Source of the DNA: Clostridia bacterium
GTDB taxonomy: Bacteria; Bacillota; Clostridia; Oscillospirales; CAG-272
DNA length: 64,000 bases
Direction: 5' to 3'
Assembly (NCBI GenBank): GCA_017537175.1
Contig: JAFYLH010000012.1
Coordinates: 65,375 to 129,374, forward strand
Below, one piece after another: positions 24,551-34,063 of this stretch (within the stretch, counting starts at the first letter, position 1; the number at the start of each line of letters is the position of its first letter). Under the pieces are notes generated by a model that worked only from the letters and a program-made list of their open reading frames with translations, did no database searches and had not been told where the DNA came from. A program made the translations under genes and the position numbers.

Positions 24551-26842
24551 ATGTTGACTCTCAAACGAACAGTTGCATATGTATTGACTATTGTTATGCT
24601 GTTCGGCATTGTTTGTTCGGGCACGTCCGCTGTCAGCGCAAAGACAGTCTCGCCTGTTATCTCTTTTTCTGTCAATATTGATACCGATTCTCTGATCACT
24701 TATCTTGAAGAAGAGCTTGTGACATGTCCCAAGAGAGTGGATGTATCGGCTTTCGGTATACCCTATACCAATGAGGACGGTGTAGCGCTTCAAAATCTGG
24801 TATGGCACGGTACTCCCTTGCTGTTCCATGTATCGGGTATAGGTTTGTCGGGTGCTAACGGTATTATAGAATATTTGTTTTTCACATATCATTATACCGC
24901 CACAGAATACAGACGGATGCTTGATGAATGTATGGCGGTGGCTGATAAAATGACGGCAGATATCAAGGATAACAAGGCTATCGACGATGTCACCAAAGCG
25001 CTTCTGCTCCACGACCGTATTATAGTAAATTGTGAGTATGACCTTAAGGGTGCAACCTCAGGTAATATTTCAAATGAAAGTCAGGAGATGTACGGTGCTC
25101 TTGTAAACGGTGTTGCTACCTGTCAGGGTTATGCGTATGCGTATATGTATCTTCTTGAGCTTGTAGGCATAGAGAGCTATGTATGTACCTCGGAGGATAT
25201 GCGTCACGACTGGAACATTGTTATCCTCAACGGCAAAAAGTATCATGTTGATGTTACCTTTGACGATCCGGTACAGGATGTTACGGGCAGGGTATATCAC
25301 GATTACTTCCTGCTTTCCACTCAGGCACTTAAAAAATCAGAGCATAACTACAACGATTTTGACTCCTCTCCCAATGCTACTACCTACGACAATTACTATT
25401 GGCGCAACTCAAGAGCAGAGTTTGTGCTTGTTGGCTCGGATATATATTATATCGACAATATCAATGAGTACCTTTACCGTTTAGGTAATTCAAATCCAAT
25501 TTTGGATATAAGCGATATATGGACTACATACGAGGGTAACTACTGGAAGGGCAATTTTTCCAGACTGTCAACTGACGGTGTTAATATTCTCTATTCAAAA
25601 TCGGATGCCGTATGTATGTATACTCCATCAAGCGGTGCTAAAAAGACGGTATACCGCCCCTCATTTTCGGGTGAAGCAACAGGTATTTACGGCTTTACCT
25701 GTGATGGCGGATATATGATAATAGACCGCTTTGATAGCCCGGCCTTTGAATCTGATACCAAGTCAAAATATCAGCTCAGGGTTCCCTATGACACACAGGC
25801 ACCCAAGGCTGCCGCTTCATACACCAACAATGTAAGCGCATACCAGACTCTTACCTTCAGCTTTTCCGATAACAACGGTATTGCGGGATATTATTGGGGC
25901 AGAGAAGAGCTGTACAGCGCAAACAAGCTTATCTCTACCCACTCTGCCTCTGTGACCGAATATGTTTCTCAGTCGGGAAAATATTATCTTACCGCCATGG
26001 ATACGGCAGGGAATCTTTCCGAGACCGTTTCGGTTGAATTTGTTTTGACAAGGCTTGAGACAGACGGAGCCGGCATTGTTACCGCTTCTGTAATAACACC
26101 CAAGGGCGAGAGCTTTACTTTACCCGTTCCTGCAAAGAACGGCTATGAGTTTATCGGCTGGTCAGAAACCTATACCGATATGGGAAATTATATCGAGAGA
26201 TATACTCCAAAGTCTGACGGTGTGCTTTATGCCCTGTGGCGTTATACCGGAGAAAGCGATCCATCTGTCGACCAACCCGTATATAAGAAAAGCTTTGAGG
26301 ATGTACCCGGGTCGGCCTGGTATGCGGATGCTGTGGCATACTGTGTAGGCAAAGGCTATATCAACGGTGTTTCGGACACCAGATTTTCTCCCGCTGCCAA
26401 CCTTACAAGAGAACAATTTGTTGTTATTCTTGCCAATGTGGCGGGTATAAAGACCGACAATTATAAGTTTGTAAACAGCGGCATGAAGGATGTGGCTGTG
26501 GGCAGATGGTACAGCGGAGCTGTTGCCTGGGGGGTATCCGAGGGATATGTCAAGGGTATGTCCGCAGACCGCTTTGGCTTAGGGCAGAATATAACCCGTG
26601 AGCAGCTTGCCCGACTCTTTTATGTCTATGCCGAGGATATCGGTATTGATGTAAAGGGCAGAGCATCACTTACAGGCTTTTCGGACCGTGCTTCGGTATC
26701 CGACTGGGCATACGAAAATGTTGAGTGGGCTGTATATTCGGGCATTATTTCAGGTATGACAGAGAACGCCCTGGGACCGAGGGGATATGCCACAAGAGCA
26801 CAGGCTGCAAGGATGTTTATGGTGTTCGATAAACTTCAATAA
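24551..26842 (+). CDS. Secreted transglutaminase-like (Cys-His-Asp) protein with one Listeria-Bacteroides repeat and three C-terminal SLH domains
   Basis: Signal peptide; CQGYAYAYMYLL ... HDWNIV ... DVTFDD triad pattern; GYEFIGW repeat; three SLH units (FEDVPGSAWYADAV..., MKDVAVGRWYSGAV..., FSDRASVSDWAYENV...); AAGGAGA RBS before ATG 24551. Confidence 0.8.
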   Translation: MLTLKRTVAYVLTIVMLFGIVCSGTSAVSAKTVSPVISFSVNIDTDSLITYLEEELVTCPKRVDVSAFGIPYTNEDGVALQNLVWHGTPLLFHVSGIGLSGANGIIEYLFFTYHYTATEYRRMLDECMAVADKMTADIKDNKAIDDVTKALLLHDRIIVNCEYDLKGATSGNISNESQEMYGALVNGVATCQGYAYAYMYLLELVGIESYVCTSEDMRHDWNIVILNGKKYHVDVTFDDPVQDVTGRVYHDYFLLSTQALKKSEHNYNDFDSSPNATTYDNYYWRNSRAEFVLVGSDIYYIDNINEYLYRLGNSNPILDISDIWTTYEGNYWKGNFSRLSTDGVNILYSKSDAVCMYTPSSGAKKTVYRPSFSGEATGIYGFTCDGGYMIIDRFDSPAFESDTKSKYQLRVPYDTQAPKAAASYTNNVSAYQTLTFSFSDNNGIAGYYWGREELYSANKLISTHSASVTEYVSQSGKYYLTAMDTAGNLSETVSVEFVLTRLETDGAGIVTASVITPKGESFTLPVPAKNGYEFIGWSETYTDMGNYIERYTPKSDGVLYALWRYTGESDPSVDQPVYKKSFEDVPGSAWYADAVAYCVGKGYINGVSDTRFSPAANLTREQFVVILANVAGIKTDNYKFVNSGMKDVAVGRWYSGAVAWGVSEGYVKGMSADRFGLGQNITREQLARLFYVYAEDIGIDVKGRASLTGFSDRASVSDWAYENVEWAVYSGIISGMTENALGPRGYATRAQAARMFMVFDKLQ

Positions 26843-26858
26843 AATCTGTTTTTACCTA

Positions 26859-26887
26859 TTGACAAATCATACATAGTCTGCTATAAT
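26859..26887 (+). promoter_or_regulatory. Sigma-A type promoter for the sortase-substrate gene
   Basis: TTGACA (26859-26864), 17-nt spacer, TATAAT (26882-26887); exact consensus. Confidence 0.65.
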
Positions 26888-26931
26888 ATTCGCAGTATTT
26901 TGTAAATAATATATTTAGAGAGGTTACTATA

Positions 26932-27378
26932 ATGAAAAAGATTTTTGCTATACTTATGGTAGTTGTAATGCTGTTTGCAATCGCAATTCCCGTATCTGCT
27001 GAGATCAGCCCTAAGCCCCAGCCCGATGTTGATATTTCTGTTGTTCCCGAAAAGGGCGGCGAGATCACCGAAAAGGACAACGGCGACGGTACTATCACCA
27101 TCACTGTTAAGCCCAACAGCGGCTATGACTTTGTTAAGTGGGAGCTCACAGGAGAGTACGAGATCGTTTCCGGTAAGCTTACCGACAAGACCATCACTAT
27201 CAAGCCCATTACCGATGTTAAGGCACAGGCTGTTATGAAGACACAGACCACAGTTAAGCCTACACCCGGTCCCGGCACATCTTCTCCTTCTACAGGTGTT
27301 GCACCTGCTATGATGGTAGTTGCTTTTGTTGGCTCTATGGCAGCTGCAGGCTACTCCTTCAAGAAGAGCAGCAAGTAA
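26932..27378 (+). CDS. Small cell-wall-anchored surface protein, 148 aa, with a C-terminal SPSTG sorting signal
   Basis: Signal peptide; SPSTG (nt 27283-27297), then hydrophobic VAPAMMVVAFVGSMAAAGY and a KKSSK tail; sits next to srtB. Confidence 0.75.
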   Translation: MKKIFAILMVVVMLFAIAIPVSAEISPKPQPDVDISVVPEKGGEITEKDNGDGTITITVKPNSGYDFVKWELTGEYEIVSGKLTDKTITIKPITDVKAQAVMKTQTTVKPTPGPGTSSPSTGVAPAMMVVAFVGSMAAAGYSFKKSSK

Positions 27379-27395
27379 TTAACAAGCATTTTAAG

Positions 27396-27421
27396 ACCTA
27401 CCTCTCACAGGGGTAGGTTTT
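27396..27421 (+). terminator. Hairpin terminator/attenuator between the substrate gene and srtB
   Basis: ACCTACC(T)-CTCACAG-(G)GGTAGGT followed by TTTTATCATTTTT. Confidence 0.6.
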
Positions 27422-27449
27422 ATCATTTTTGTCATATGACGAGGATATT

Positions 27450-28310
27450 ATGAAAGATTCTTCAAATAAAAAAATCGCGGGTAAAGTAATATGGAGTATC
27501 ATCGGTGTATTCTTTCTTGTTCTGGCACTTATCTTTGCGGTGTTGTTTTTTTTCAGCATCCGCGGATGTGAAGGGAATATCGGGGATATAACCGATAACC
27601 CGGGAAACAAGGTTACATTGCCGGTAGAAACAGGTGAGGACACCTCTGATATTACTACGCCTCCCGAGCCTGAGGAGCCCATAATTACAGGTGAGCTTCC
27701 TTCCGAGATAGACGAAAAGTATGATATCAATTTTGCCGAAATGTATGATATCAATCCGGATATCCACGCCTGGATATATATTCCCGAAACTCCGGTCAAC
27801 TACCCCGTGCTCCAGAGTCAGGTAAGCGACCTTTATTACGAGCGCAGGAGCTATACAGGAGAATACAGCATATCAGGATGTATATTTACACAGTATTATA
27901 ACGAGCCCGATTTCAGTGACCGCAATACTGTGCTTTACGGACATTATATGCTTGACGGGACATTTTTCGGTACTCTTCATAACTACAAGGACCCCGAGTT
28001 TTTTGAAAATAACAGATATGTGTATATAACTATACCCGGTCATATTCTTGTTTACGAGGTCTTTGCGGCATATGAGACCGATAACCGTCATGTTCTTACC
28101 CTGTGTAACTACTATGATGACGAGGAGTATCTTGAATATCTCAACAGCTGTCTCAATCCGTCTACAATGGTGCGTAATATCAGAGAGGGTACCGAGCTTA
28201 CCGTGGATGACAGGATAATTACCCTCAGCACCTGCACCTCGTATTATACCTACACCAACCGCAGATATTTAGTACAGGGGGTACTTGTAGCAGATGTCGA
28301 AACAAAATAA
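27450..28310 (+). CDS. srtB: Class B sortase
   Basis: N-terminal TM anchor; DINPDIHAWIYIP, NTVLYGH, catalytic TLSTC and C-terminal RRYLVQG pattern typical of SrtB; ATG 27450 preferred over the track TTG at 27429. Confidence 0.85.
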   Translation: MKDSSNKKIAGKVIWSIIGVFFLVLALIFAVLFFFSIRGCEGNIGDITDNPGNKVTLPVETGEDTSDITTPPEPEEPIITGELPSEIDEKYDINFAEMYDINPDIHAWIYIPETPVNYPVLQSQVSDLYYERRSYTGEYSISGCIFTQYYNEPDFSDRNTVLYGHYMLDGTFFGTLHNYKDPEFFENNRYVYITIPGHILVYEVFAAYETDNRHVLTLCNYYDDEEYLEYLNSCLNPSTMVRNIREGTELTVDDRIITLSTCTSYYTYTNRRYLVQGVLVADVETK

Positions 28311-29355
28311 AAACATAACCTCTGCCGACCGTTCCGATAAGAAAAAGAAGATCCGCCGTGTGATACTGTGGATATTACTGTCTGTTGCAATAATTATAGC
28401 TGCTGCTGCGGTCAGCGCAGGTGTGGCTATGGGCGTTATGTATAACAAGGGCAGAATATCCATGTCCAACGAAGAGATCAAGGTCACAGCACCCCAGGGA
28501 GTAGAGATCATTGACGACGGAGCAGAGGTTCACTATAACGGCGGAAAATATAATTTTAACAAAAACATTATTTCTATACTTATCATAGGTGTTGATAAGG
28601 AAAATCTCCTGGATGTGGGAGATATGGGCTATAACGGACAGGCTGATGCTCTGTTTCTTTTGGTTGCCGATACCTCAACGGGAGAGGTGGATCTTATCAA
28701 TATATCCCGTGATTCTATGGTCAATGTTGATGTATATACTCCCGACGGAACCTATATTACAAACCGAAAAATGCAGCTCTGTCTGTCCTATGCCTACGGC
28801 AAGGACGAGCAGGCAAGTGCAGAAAATGTGATAAAATCTCTGTCCGAGCTTATGTACGGTGTTCCCATAAACTCTTATTTTACAATGGATATTGCTGCCG
28901 TGCGTATGCTTGTTGACAAGGTTGGCGGAGTAACGGTTCCCGAGTATACCGACAATTATTCCAAGCCCACAGGTAGGACCGTAACTTTGTGGGGCAAGGA
29001 TGCCGAAAAATACATCCGCGAAAGAAATACAAATGTGCTTGATTCTAACCTTGTCCGAATGGAAAGACAAAAGGCATTCATTTCTGCCTTTGTCTCAAGG
29101 ACTGTCGAGCTTACAAAAAAGGATCTTATGACACCCATAAATCTCTATAATTCGCTTGATGGCTATATTTACACCGACATAGGTCCCGAGGAGGTAACCT
29201 ACCTTGCCGCCAATTTTATGCAGGGTGTTGCAAATATGGATACCTATAATGTAGCGGGACAGGTGGTCAAGGGCGAGCAGTATGCCGAGTATGATGTGGA
29301 TATGCAGGCATTGTACGAGCTCATATTAGAGGTATTTTATGTAAAGGTGGAGTAG
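28294..29355 (+). CDS. LytR-CpsA-Psr (LCP) family cell-wall glycopolymer ligase
   Basis: N-terminal TM; ILIIGVD...GQADALFLLVAD...INISRDS LCP core pattern; overlaps the srtB end by 17 nt. Confidence 0.85.
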   Translation: MSKQNKNITSADRSDKKKKIRRVILWILLSVAIIIAAAAVSAGVAMGVMYNKGRISMSNEEIKVTAPQGVEIIDDGAEVHYNGGKYNFNKNIISILIIGVDKENLLDVGDMGYNGQADALFLLVADTSTGEVDLINISRDSMVNVDVYTPDGTYITNRKMQLCLSYAYGKDEQASAENVIKSLSELMYGVPINSYFTMDIAAVRMLVDKVGGVTVPEYTDNYSKPTGRTVTLWGKDAEKYIRERNTNVLDSNLVRMERQKAFISAFVSRTVELTKKDLMTPINLYNSLDGYIYTDIGPEEVTYLAANFMQGVANMDTYNVAGQVVKGEQYAEYDVDMQALYELILEVFYVKVE

Positions 29356-29464
29356 TTTATTCTTTATTTACAAATAATCCCATGTACCGAAATATTCTCA
29401 TAATTATCGGTTTATAAATCTCTGTTATGATTAGATATAGCATTTTTCAGAGAAGGTGAACCGG

Positions 29465-29635
29465 ATGAACGAAAACAAGGTACCCACATACGGAGCGGTG
29501 GTATCGTCTATAGATTATGACACCAAGCTCAGAAGGCGTCTGTGGTTTAAAAAGCACGGTACAAAGCTTTTTGCTGCCTGCGGTGCGGCTGTTGCGACAG
29601 CGTTGATAATAGTTGCATTATTTGTATTGATATAA
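29465..29635 (+). CDS. Unannotated small ORF, 56 aa, predicted tail-anchored membrane protein
   Basis: My own translation: MNENKVPTYGAVVSSIDYDTKLRRRLWFKKHGTKLFAACGAAVATALIIVALFVLI; AAGGTGA RBS; ends at a strong terminator. Below the 60-aa cutoff of the ORF track. Confidence 0.4.
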   Translation: MNENKVPTYGAVVSSIDYDTKLRRRLWFKKHGTKLFAACGAAVATALIIVALFVLI

Positions 29636-29666
29636 AAAAGATGCGGATCAAATCCGCATCTTTTTT
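29635..29666. terminator. Bidirectional rho-independent terminator (small ORF on +, rpe on -)
   Basis: AAAAA-GATGCGGAT-CAA-ATCCGCATC-TTTTTT. Confidence 0.8.
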
Positions 29667-29686
29667 CTTTAGTGTTATTAAAAAAT

Positions 29687-30331
29687 TTATGCTTTAAGCT
29701 CCTGTACGGTCTTGGGTATATCGCTTGAGCCGAATACCGCAGAGCCTGCAACGATAACATTTGCGCCTGCTTCCTTTACTATGTGGGCGTTCTTGGGTGA
29801 AACCCCGCCGTCAACCTCAAGCTCTATCTCGCGGCCGATTTCCTTGATCATAGCATCGCAGGCCTTGATATTTTCAACGGTAGCATCTATAAAGGACTGA
29901 CCGCCAAAGCCGGGCTCAACAGTCATAACCAGGATAAGGTCAACACGGTCAAGATAGGGCTTAAGTATTTCGGGCTTGGTGTTGGGCTTGATGGACAATC
30001 CCACTTTTTTGCCGTTAGCCTTGATACGGTCAATTGCCGCATTTACATCAAAGGTGCTTTCTACATGAATAGTGATAAGATCTGCGCCTGCCTTTGCAAA
30101 ATCATCGATATAACGGATAGGGTCGGTTATCATAAGATGAACATCAAAGAAAAGCTCTGAATACTTGCGGATAGCCTTGACAACGCAGGGACCTAAAGTA
30201 ATGTTAGGCACAAATATGCCGTCCATAACATCGATATGCAGATACTCTACACCTGCATCCTCTACCTTTTTGATCTCGCTCTGCAGATTTGCAAAATCGC
30301 AGGCAAGAATCGAGGGTGAAACCTTGATCAT
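29687..30331 (-). CDS. rpe: Ribulose-phosphate 3-epimerase
   Basis: MIKVSPSILACDFANL...HIDVMDG...conserved Rpe sequence; GGAGGAAA RBS. Confidence 0.95.
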   Translation of the reverse strand: MIKVSPSILACDFANLQSEIKKVEDAGVEYLHIDVMDGIFVPNITLGPCVVKAIRKYSELFFDVHLMITDPIRYIDDFAKAGADLITIHVESTFDVNAAIDRIKANGKKVGLSIKPNTKPEILKPYLDRVDLILVMTVEPGFGGQSFIDATVENIKACDAMIKEIGREIELEVDGGVSPKNAHIVKEAGANVIVAGSAVFGSSDIPKTVQELKA

Positions 30332-30500
30332 TTTAATTTCCTCCGAAATTTATTGAAATGTATTTTTGACATAATTAAAAATATCTCATAAGATATTAAA
30401 GGAGCGATAAAGCCCGGGTACGAGGTGTTCAGCCGACTTAAAAAGAAACGGAAGTGCAACCAAACTCTGTTCAGCTTGTACTCTTTATATAAAATTCCCG

Positions 30501-30557
30501 GAAACCGCTTCGGCGGTTTTCTTCATTAATTCCGCACTCCGCACTCCGCATTCCGCA
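30501..30557 (-). repeat. Heptad-repeat element, half copy D: (GCGGART)x4 - TAATGAAG - terminator hairpin, read on the minus strand; supplies the ispF C-terminus, stop codon and terminator
   Basis: Plus strand: GAAACCGC-TTCG-GCGGTTTT CTTCATTAA (TTCCGCA/CTCCGCA)x4; heptads at 30530-30557. Confidence 0.75.
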
Positions 30558-31023
30558 CTATCAGTGCCACTGCGTGGGCACTGATCCCCTCCAGCCTTCC
30601 GGTAAAGCCAAGCTTTTCCTCGGTTGTGGCCTTGATGCTTACACGGGAGATATCAATGCCTAAGGCATCGGCTATGTTTTTTCTCATACCGTCGATATAA
30701 GGAGCTAATTTGGGCTTCTGTGCTATGACGGTTGCATCTATGTTTGAGACCTTGTAGTCTCCCAAAAGAGATACACAGTGCTTAAGCAATACTATACTGT
30801 CAGCGCCTTTGTATTTAGGGTCTGTGTCGGGAAAATGCTTTCCTATATCCCCAAGAGCCAATGCGCCCAGCAGGGCATCGCTTACCGCGTGGCAAAGCAC
30901 ATCTGCATCGCTGTGACCTAAAAGACCCATTTCGTATTCTATTTCTGTTCCGCCTAAAATAAGCTTTCTGTTTTCGGCAAAGCGGTGAACATCATATCCG
31001 TGGCCGATGCGTATATCCGTCAT
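30526..31023 (-). CDS. ispF: 2-C-methyl-D-erythritol 2,4-cyclodiphosphate synthase
   Basis: [10 protein letters not shown]...[11 protein letters not shown]...conserved IspF; the last 9 residues RNAECGVRN are encoded by the heptad repeat. Confidence 0.95.
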   Translation of the reverse strand: MTDIRIGHGYDVHRFAENRKLILGGTEIEYEMGLLGHSDADVLCHAVSDALLGALALGDIGKHFPDTDPKYKGADSIVLLKHCVSLLGDYKVSNIDATVIAQKPKLAPYIDGMRKNIADALGIDISRVSIKATTEEKLGFTGRLEGISAHAVALIVRNAECGVRN

Positions 31024-31757
31024 TGTTTTTCCTCCTTTAACAGCATTTGCGCAATGTAAATATCCTCGGGGGTGGTTATCTTTATATTGCGGTATCCGCA
31101 GTCCACCATTTTGACCTTGCCGCCCAGATGCTCCACAAGGGAGTTATCGTCTGTTGCACCATAGCCCTCCTTGAGAGCCATAAAGGCAGCTGCCCGGTAG
31201 AGATCTGCTCTGAATATCTGAGGTGTCTGTGCCGCCCACAGGGTAGCGCGGTCGGGGGTAGAGAGGACAAAGCCCTCCTTGTTTGTTATCTTTACGGTAT
31301 CCTTTACGGGATTTGCCGCACTTGCTGCCTCGTGCAGCTCTGCCTCATGCAGAACCTTTTCTATTATTTTTGGGGTCACAAGACATCTTGCGCCGTCGTG
31401 TATTGCAACAAAATCGCAGTCGTCGTCTATTTTCTTAAAGCCGTTGAGCACAGACTCCTGTCTTGTGTCTCCGCCCTTAACTATGCGTCTGACCTTTTTA
31501 AAGGAATATTTCTTCACAAATTCCTTGTATATATCGATCTCGTCAGCCTTTGCAACAATGATGATATCCTTGACCGCAGGAGTCTTTTCAAAGGCGAGGA
31601 TAGTCCTTACCACCACAGGTATACCGTCAAGCTCCATCATCTGCTTTGTAACATTACCGCCCATACGGCTGCCGCTTCCGCCTGCAACTATTATGGCGCA
31701 TACATGCTTTGCGCATCTTTTGGGAACAAAATTCCCCAGTATTTTTTTAAGCTTCAT
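31020..31757 (-). CDS. ispD: 2-C-methyl-D-erythritol 4-phosphate cytidylyltransferase
   Basis: [14 protein letters not shown]-loop-like motif; stop overlaps the ispF start; ATG 31757 (GGAG RBS) preferred over the track TTG at 31769. Confidence 0.9.
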   Translation of the reverse strand: MKLKKILGNFVPKRCAKHVCAIIVAGGSGSRMGGNVTKQMMELDGIPVVVRTILAFEKTPAVKDIIIVAKADEIDIYKEFVKKYSFKKVRRIVKGGDTRQESVLNGFKKIDDDCDFVAIHDGARCLVTPKIIEKVLHEAELHEAASAANPVKDTVKITNKEGFVLSTPDRATLWAAQTPQIFRADLYRAAAFMALKEGYGATDDNSLVEHLGGKVKMVDCGYRNIKITTPEDIYIAQMLLKEEKQ

Positions 31758-31841
31758 TTGCAACTCCAATACTTTGATAAGGGTATTGTATCACATTTTT
31801 TTAAATTTGTACAGATAATTGAAAAAAGTCTTAAATTTAGA

Positions 31842-31870
31842 TTGAAATTATATCATATTTATGATATAAT
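31842..31870 (+). promoter_or_regulatory. Sigma-A type promoter (extended -10) for cdaA
   Basis: TTGAAA (31842-31847), 17-nt spacer, TG-A-TATAAT (31862-31870). Confidence 0.6.
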
Positions 31871-31907
31871 GTACCCGGAGAATTATTTGCACAGCCCGGA
31901 GGACAAG

Positions 31908-32771
31908 ATGACAGGAATAGTAGCGTGGATCGTTGAGGTATGGACATTTTTTATCAGTCACATACTGTCTATAGGAATATCTGATGTTATCGATATCATA
32001 TTGGTATCGGTGCTGATATATTATATTTACAAGTTTATCCGTGAGCGCAGAGCAGGTAAGCTTGCTATGGGTATCGGCGTGCTTGCGCTTATGATGATAC
32101 TCAGCAATGTGTTTGAGCTTTCGGTAATAAACTACTTTATGAAAAACATATTCCAGATCGGTCTTATAGCGGCGGTCATTATATTCCAGCCCGAGCTGCG
32201 CTCACTGCTTGAAAATATGGGTGGTGACTCTATTAAGGGTCTTCGCAGTATAGGCGAGGATAAAGAAAATCAGCAGACTCTCAAGTTTATTAACGAGGTC
32301 TGTGAGGCTGTGGGCGAAATGTCTATGTCAAAGACCGGTGCTCTTATAGTTATAGAGCAGTCCACAAAGCTCGGTGATATCATCGCCACAGGCACTACAG
32401 TCAACGCAGATACATCATCCATGCTTATCCGCAATATATTCTTCAACAAGTCTCCTCTCCATGACGGTGCAATGATAATCCGTGACAGACGCATCTTTGC
32501 GGCAGGCTGTCTCTTGCCTCTTGCCACAAAGAACAATATCACAAAGGAGCTGGGTACCCGTCACCGTGCGGCAATAGGTGCAAGCGAAGCAAGTGATGCT
32601 CTGGTCGTTGTTGTTTCCGAGGAAACAGGCACCATATCCCTTGCTCATAAGGGACATATGCACAGAGGCTATGATGTTGTCCGCCTCAAGGCAAAGCTTG
32701 ACTCCCTGCTCATAGAGGAAAAGAGCAAGAAGAAGAGCATTTTATCCAAGAAAAACCGCACACAGAAATAA
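31908..32771 (+). CDS. cdaA: Diadenylate cyclase CdaA (membrane-bound DAC domain)
   Basis: Three N-terminal TM helices; DAC motifs DGAMII and TRHRAAIG; GGAGG RBS before ATG 31908. The upstream part of track ORF 31047-32771 is antisense to ispD. Confidence 0.9.
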   Translation: MTGIVAWIVEVWTFFISHILSIGISDVIDIILVSVLIYYIYKFIRERRAGKLAMGIGVLALMMILSNVFELSVINYFMKNIFQIGLIAAVIIFQPELRSLLENMGGDSIKGLRSIGEDKENQQTLKFINEVCEAVGEMSMSKTGALIVIEQSTKLGDIIATGTTVNADTSSMLIRNIFFNKSPLHDGAMIIRDRRIFAAGCLLPLATKNNITKELGTRHRAAIGASEASDALVVVVSEETGTISLAHKGHMHRGYDVVRLKAKLDSLLIEEKSKKKSILSKKNRTQK

Positions 32772-32791
32772 TACCGAAGGGAGGATATGAT

Positions 32792-34063
32792 ATGGCGCGC
32801 AAGCAGGACAGTATAGTTATGGGTGCAAACGAAGAAGCAGCCCGTAAAAAAGGACATAACATAATCCCCAAGGTAGTGTCGGTCTTAATAGCATTTATAC
32901 TTTGGTTCTATGTAATGTCGGTGGAGTCTCCCACCTACGAAAAGGTATTTTCTCAGATACCTATTGAGATAAAAACAGCACAGGGATCAAAGCTCACCCC
33001 CAATCTTGACTATATTCCTACAGTTGACATAACAGTCAGCGGCAGAAGAAGTGAGCTTAACCGCCTTTCTAAAGAGGATATCAAGGCTACTGTTGATGCA
33101 AGCGGCAGTATCCAGCCCGATACATATTCTCTGCCCATAGATGTTGAGGTTCCCGGCAACTTCAGCGTTGTGGAAAAGTCAAGCAATATCTTAAAAATAG
33201 ACCTTGACGAAAGAGTTACCATTTCTCTGCCGATAAAGGTTGTGCCGGAGGTAGGAAGCCATGATAGCTATCTTGAGATCGCAACAGATTCCGAGATAGA
33301 AAAGAGTGCTGAGGTGGTGGTCATCGAGGGACCGTCTATAGAGCTTGACAAAATAGCAGGAGCCCGTGTGACTATCAAAAAGGGTGAGGTGAGTTCCGAA
33401 TTTAGCGGAACAGAGGATGTTGTGCTTCTTGGCAAGGACGGTGAGCCTGTTAACGTAAATTATGTTACTGTAAAGCCGAGCAAGGTAACCGTTACCATTC
33501 CCGTATTTATGACAAAGGAGATAGATCTTGAAGTTGACTTTGAGCACGGACTTCTTGACTCCTCCAACTGTAAGGTTACACTTTCTCCCGAAAAGCTGAC
33601 GGTAAGAGGACCCGTGGAGGTGCTTTCCGCAATTGGCTCTACCTATGTTATCAATATAAACGAAAAGACCCTTGATACCGAAAATCACCGTGATATTTTC
33701 CTTACCGAGCTTAAGGAAATGGGTGTGACCTGTGTTGACGGAACACAGTCGGTAACCGTAGATATATCCCATGTAGGAACCAATACAAGAAATATCAGCG
33801 TTGATACTGCAGATATAGAGGTCAAAAATCCGGATAAGCTGGAGTACAGCATCGACACCGACAGTATAAGCATTAAGCTCAGAGGCAAGAACTCGGATCT
33901 TGCCAAGGTCAAGGTCGAGGATATCAGTATTTCGGTAGATCTTTCAGGCATTTCGGGGGCGGGTAGTGTTACTCTGCCCTTAAAGATAGAGATATCCGAC
34001 AAATATTCGGAGACGGTATATGAGCTCGGTACAGAATATAATGTCGCGGTAACCGTTAAGTGA
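32792..34063 (+). CDS. cdaR: CdaA regulatory protein CdaR (YbbR-domain repeats)
   Basis: N-terminal TM, repeated YbbR-like beta-rich modules, conserved position after cdaA. Confidence 0.8.
   Translation: MARKQDSIVMGANEEAARKKGHNIIPKVVSVLIAFILWFYVMSVESPTYEKVFSQIPIEIKTAQGSKLTPNLDYIPTVDITVSGRRSELNRLSKEDIKATVDASGSIQPDTYSLPIDVEVPGNFSVVEKSSNILKIDLDERVTISLPIKVVPEVGSHDSYLEIATDSEIEKSAEVVVIEGPSIELDKIAGARVTIKKGEVSSEFSGTEDVVLLGKDGEPVNVNYVTVKPSKVTVTIPVFMTKEIDLEVDFEHGLLDSSNCKVTLSPEKLTVRGPVEVLSAIGSTYVININEKTLDTENHRDIFLTELKEMGVTCVDGTQSVTVDISHVGTNTRNISVDTADIEVKNPDKLEYSIDTDSISIKLRGKNSDLAKVKVEDISISVDLSGISGAGSVTLPLKIEISDKYSETVYELGTEYNVAVTVK

Noticed and set aside
30332-30500. Possible structured leader upstream of rpe (CCGGG...CCCGG closing stem, direct repeat GCTGAACA x2)
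   Set aside because: The pairing is short and ambiguous, and I recognise no motif. The evidence is insufficient without comparative data.
30559-30584. 9-bp-stem palindrome ATCAGTGCC-N8-GGCACTGAT inside the ispF coding sequence
   Set aside because: It encodes the conserved ISAHAVALI segment and may be coincidental. I noted it only because it abuts the heptad repeat.
31047-31907. N-terminal 287 codons of the 574-aa track ORF that ends as cdaA
   Set aside because: This part is antisense to ispD and has no homology pattern. The real cdaA starts at ATG 31908 behind a consensus promoter and a GGAGG RBS.
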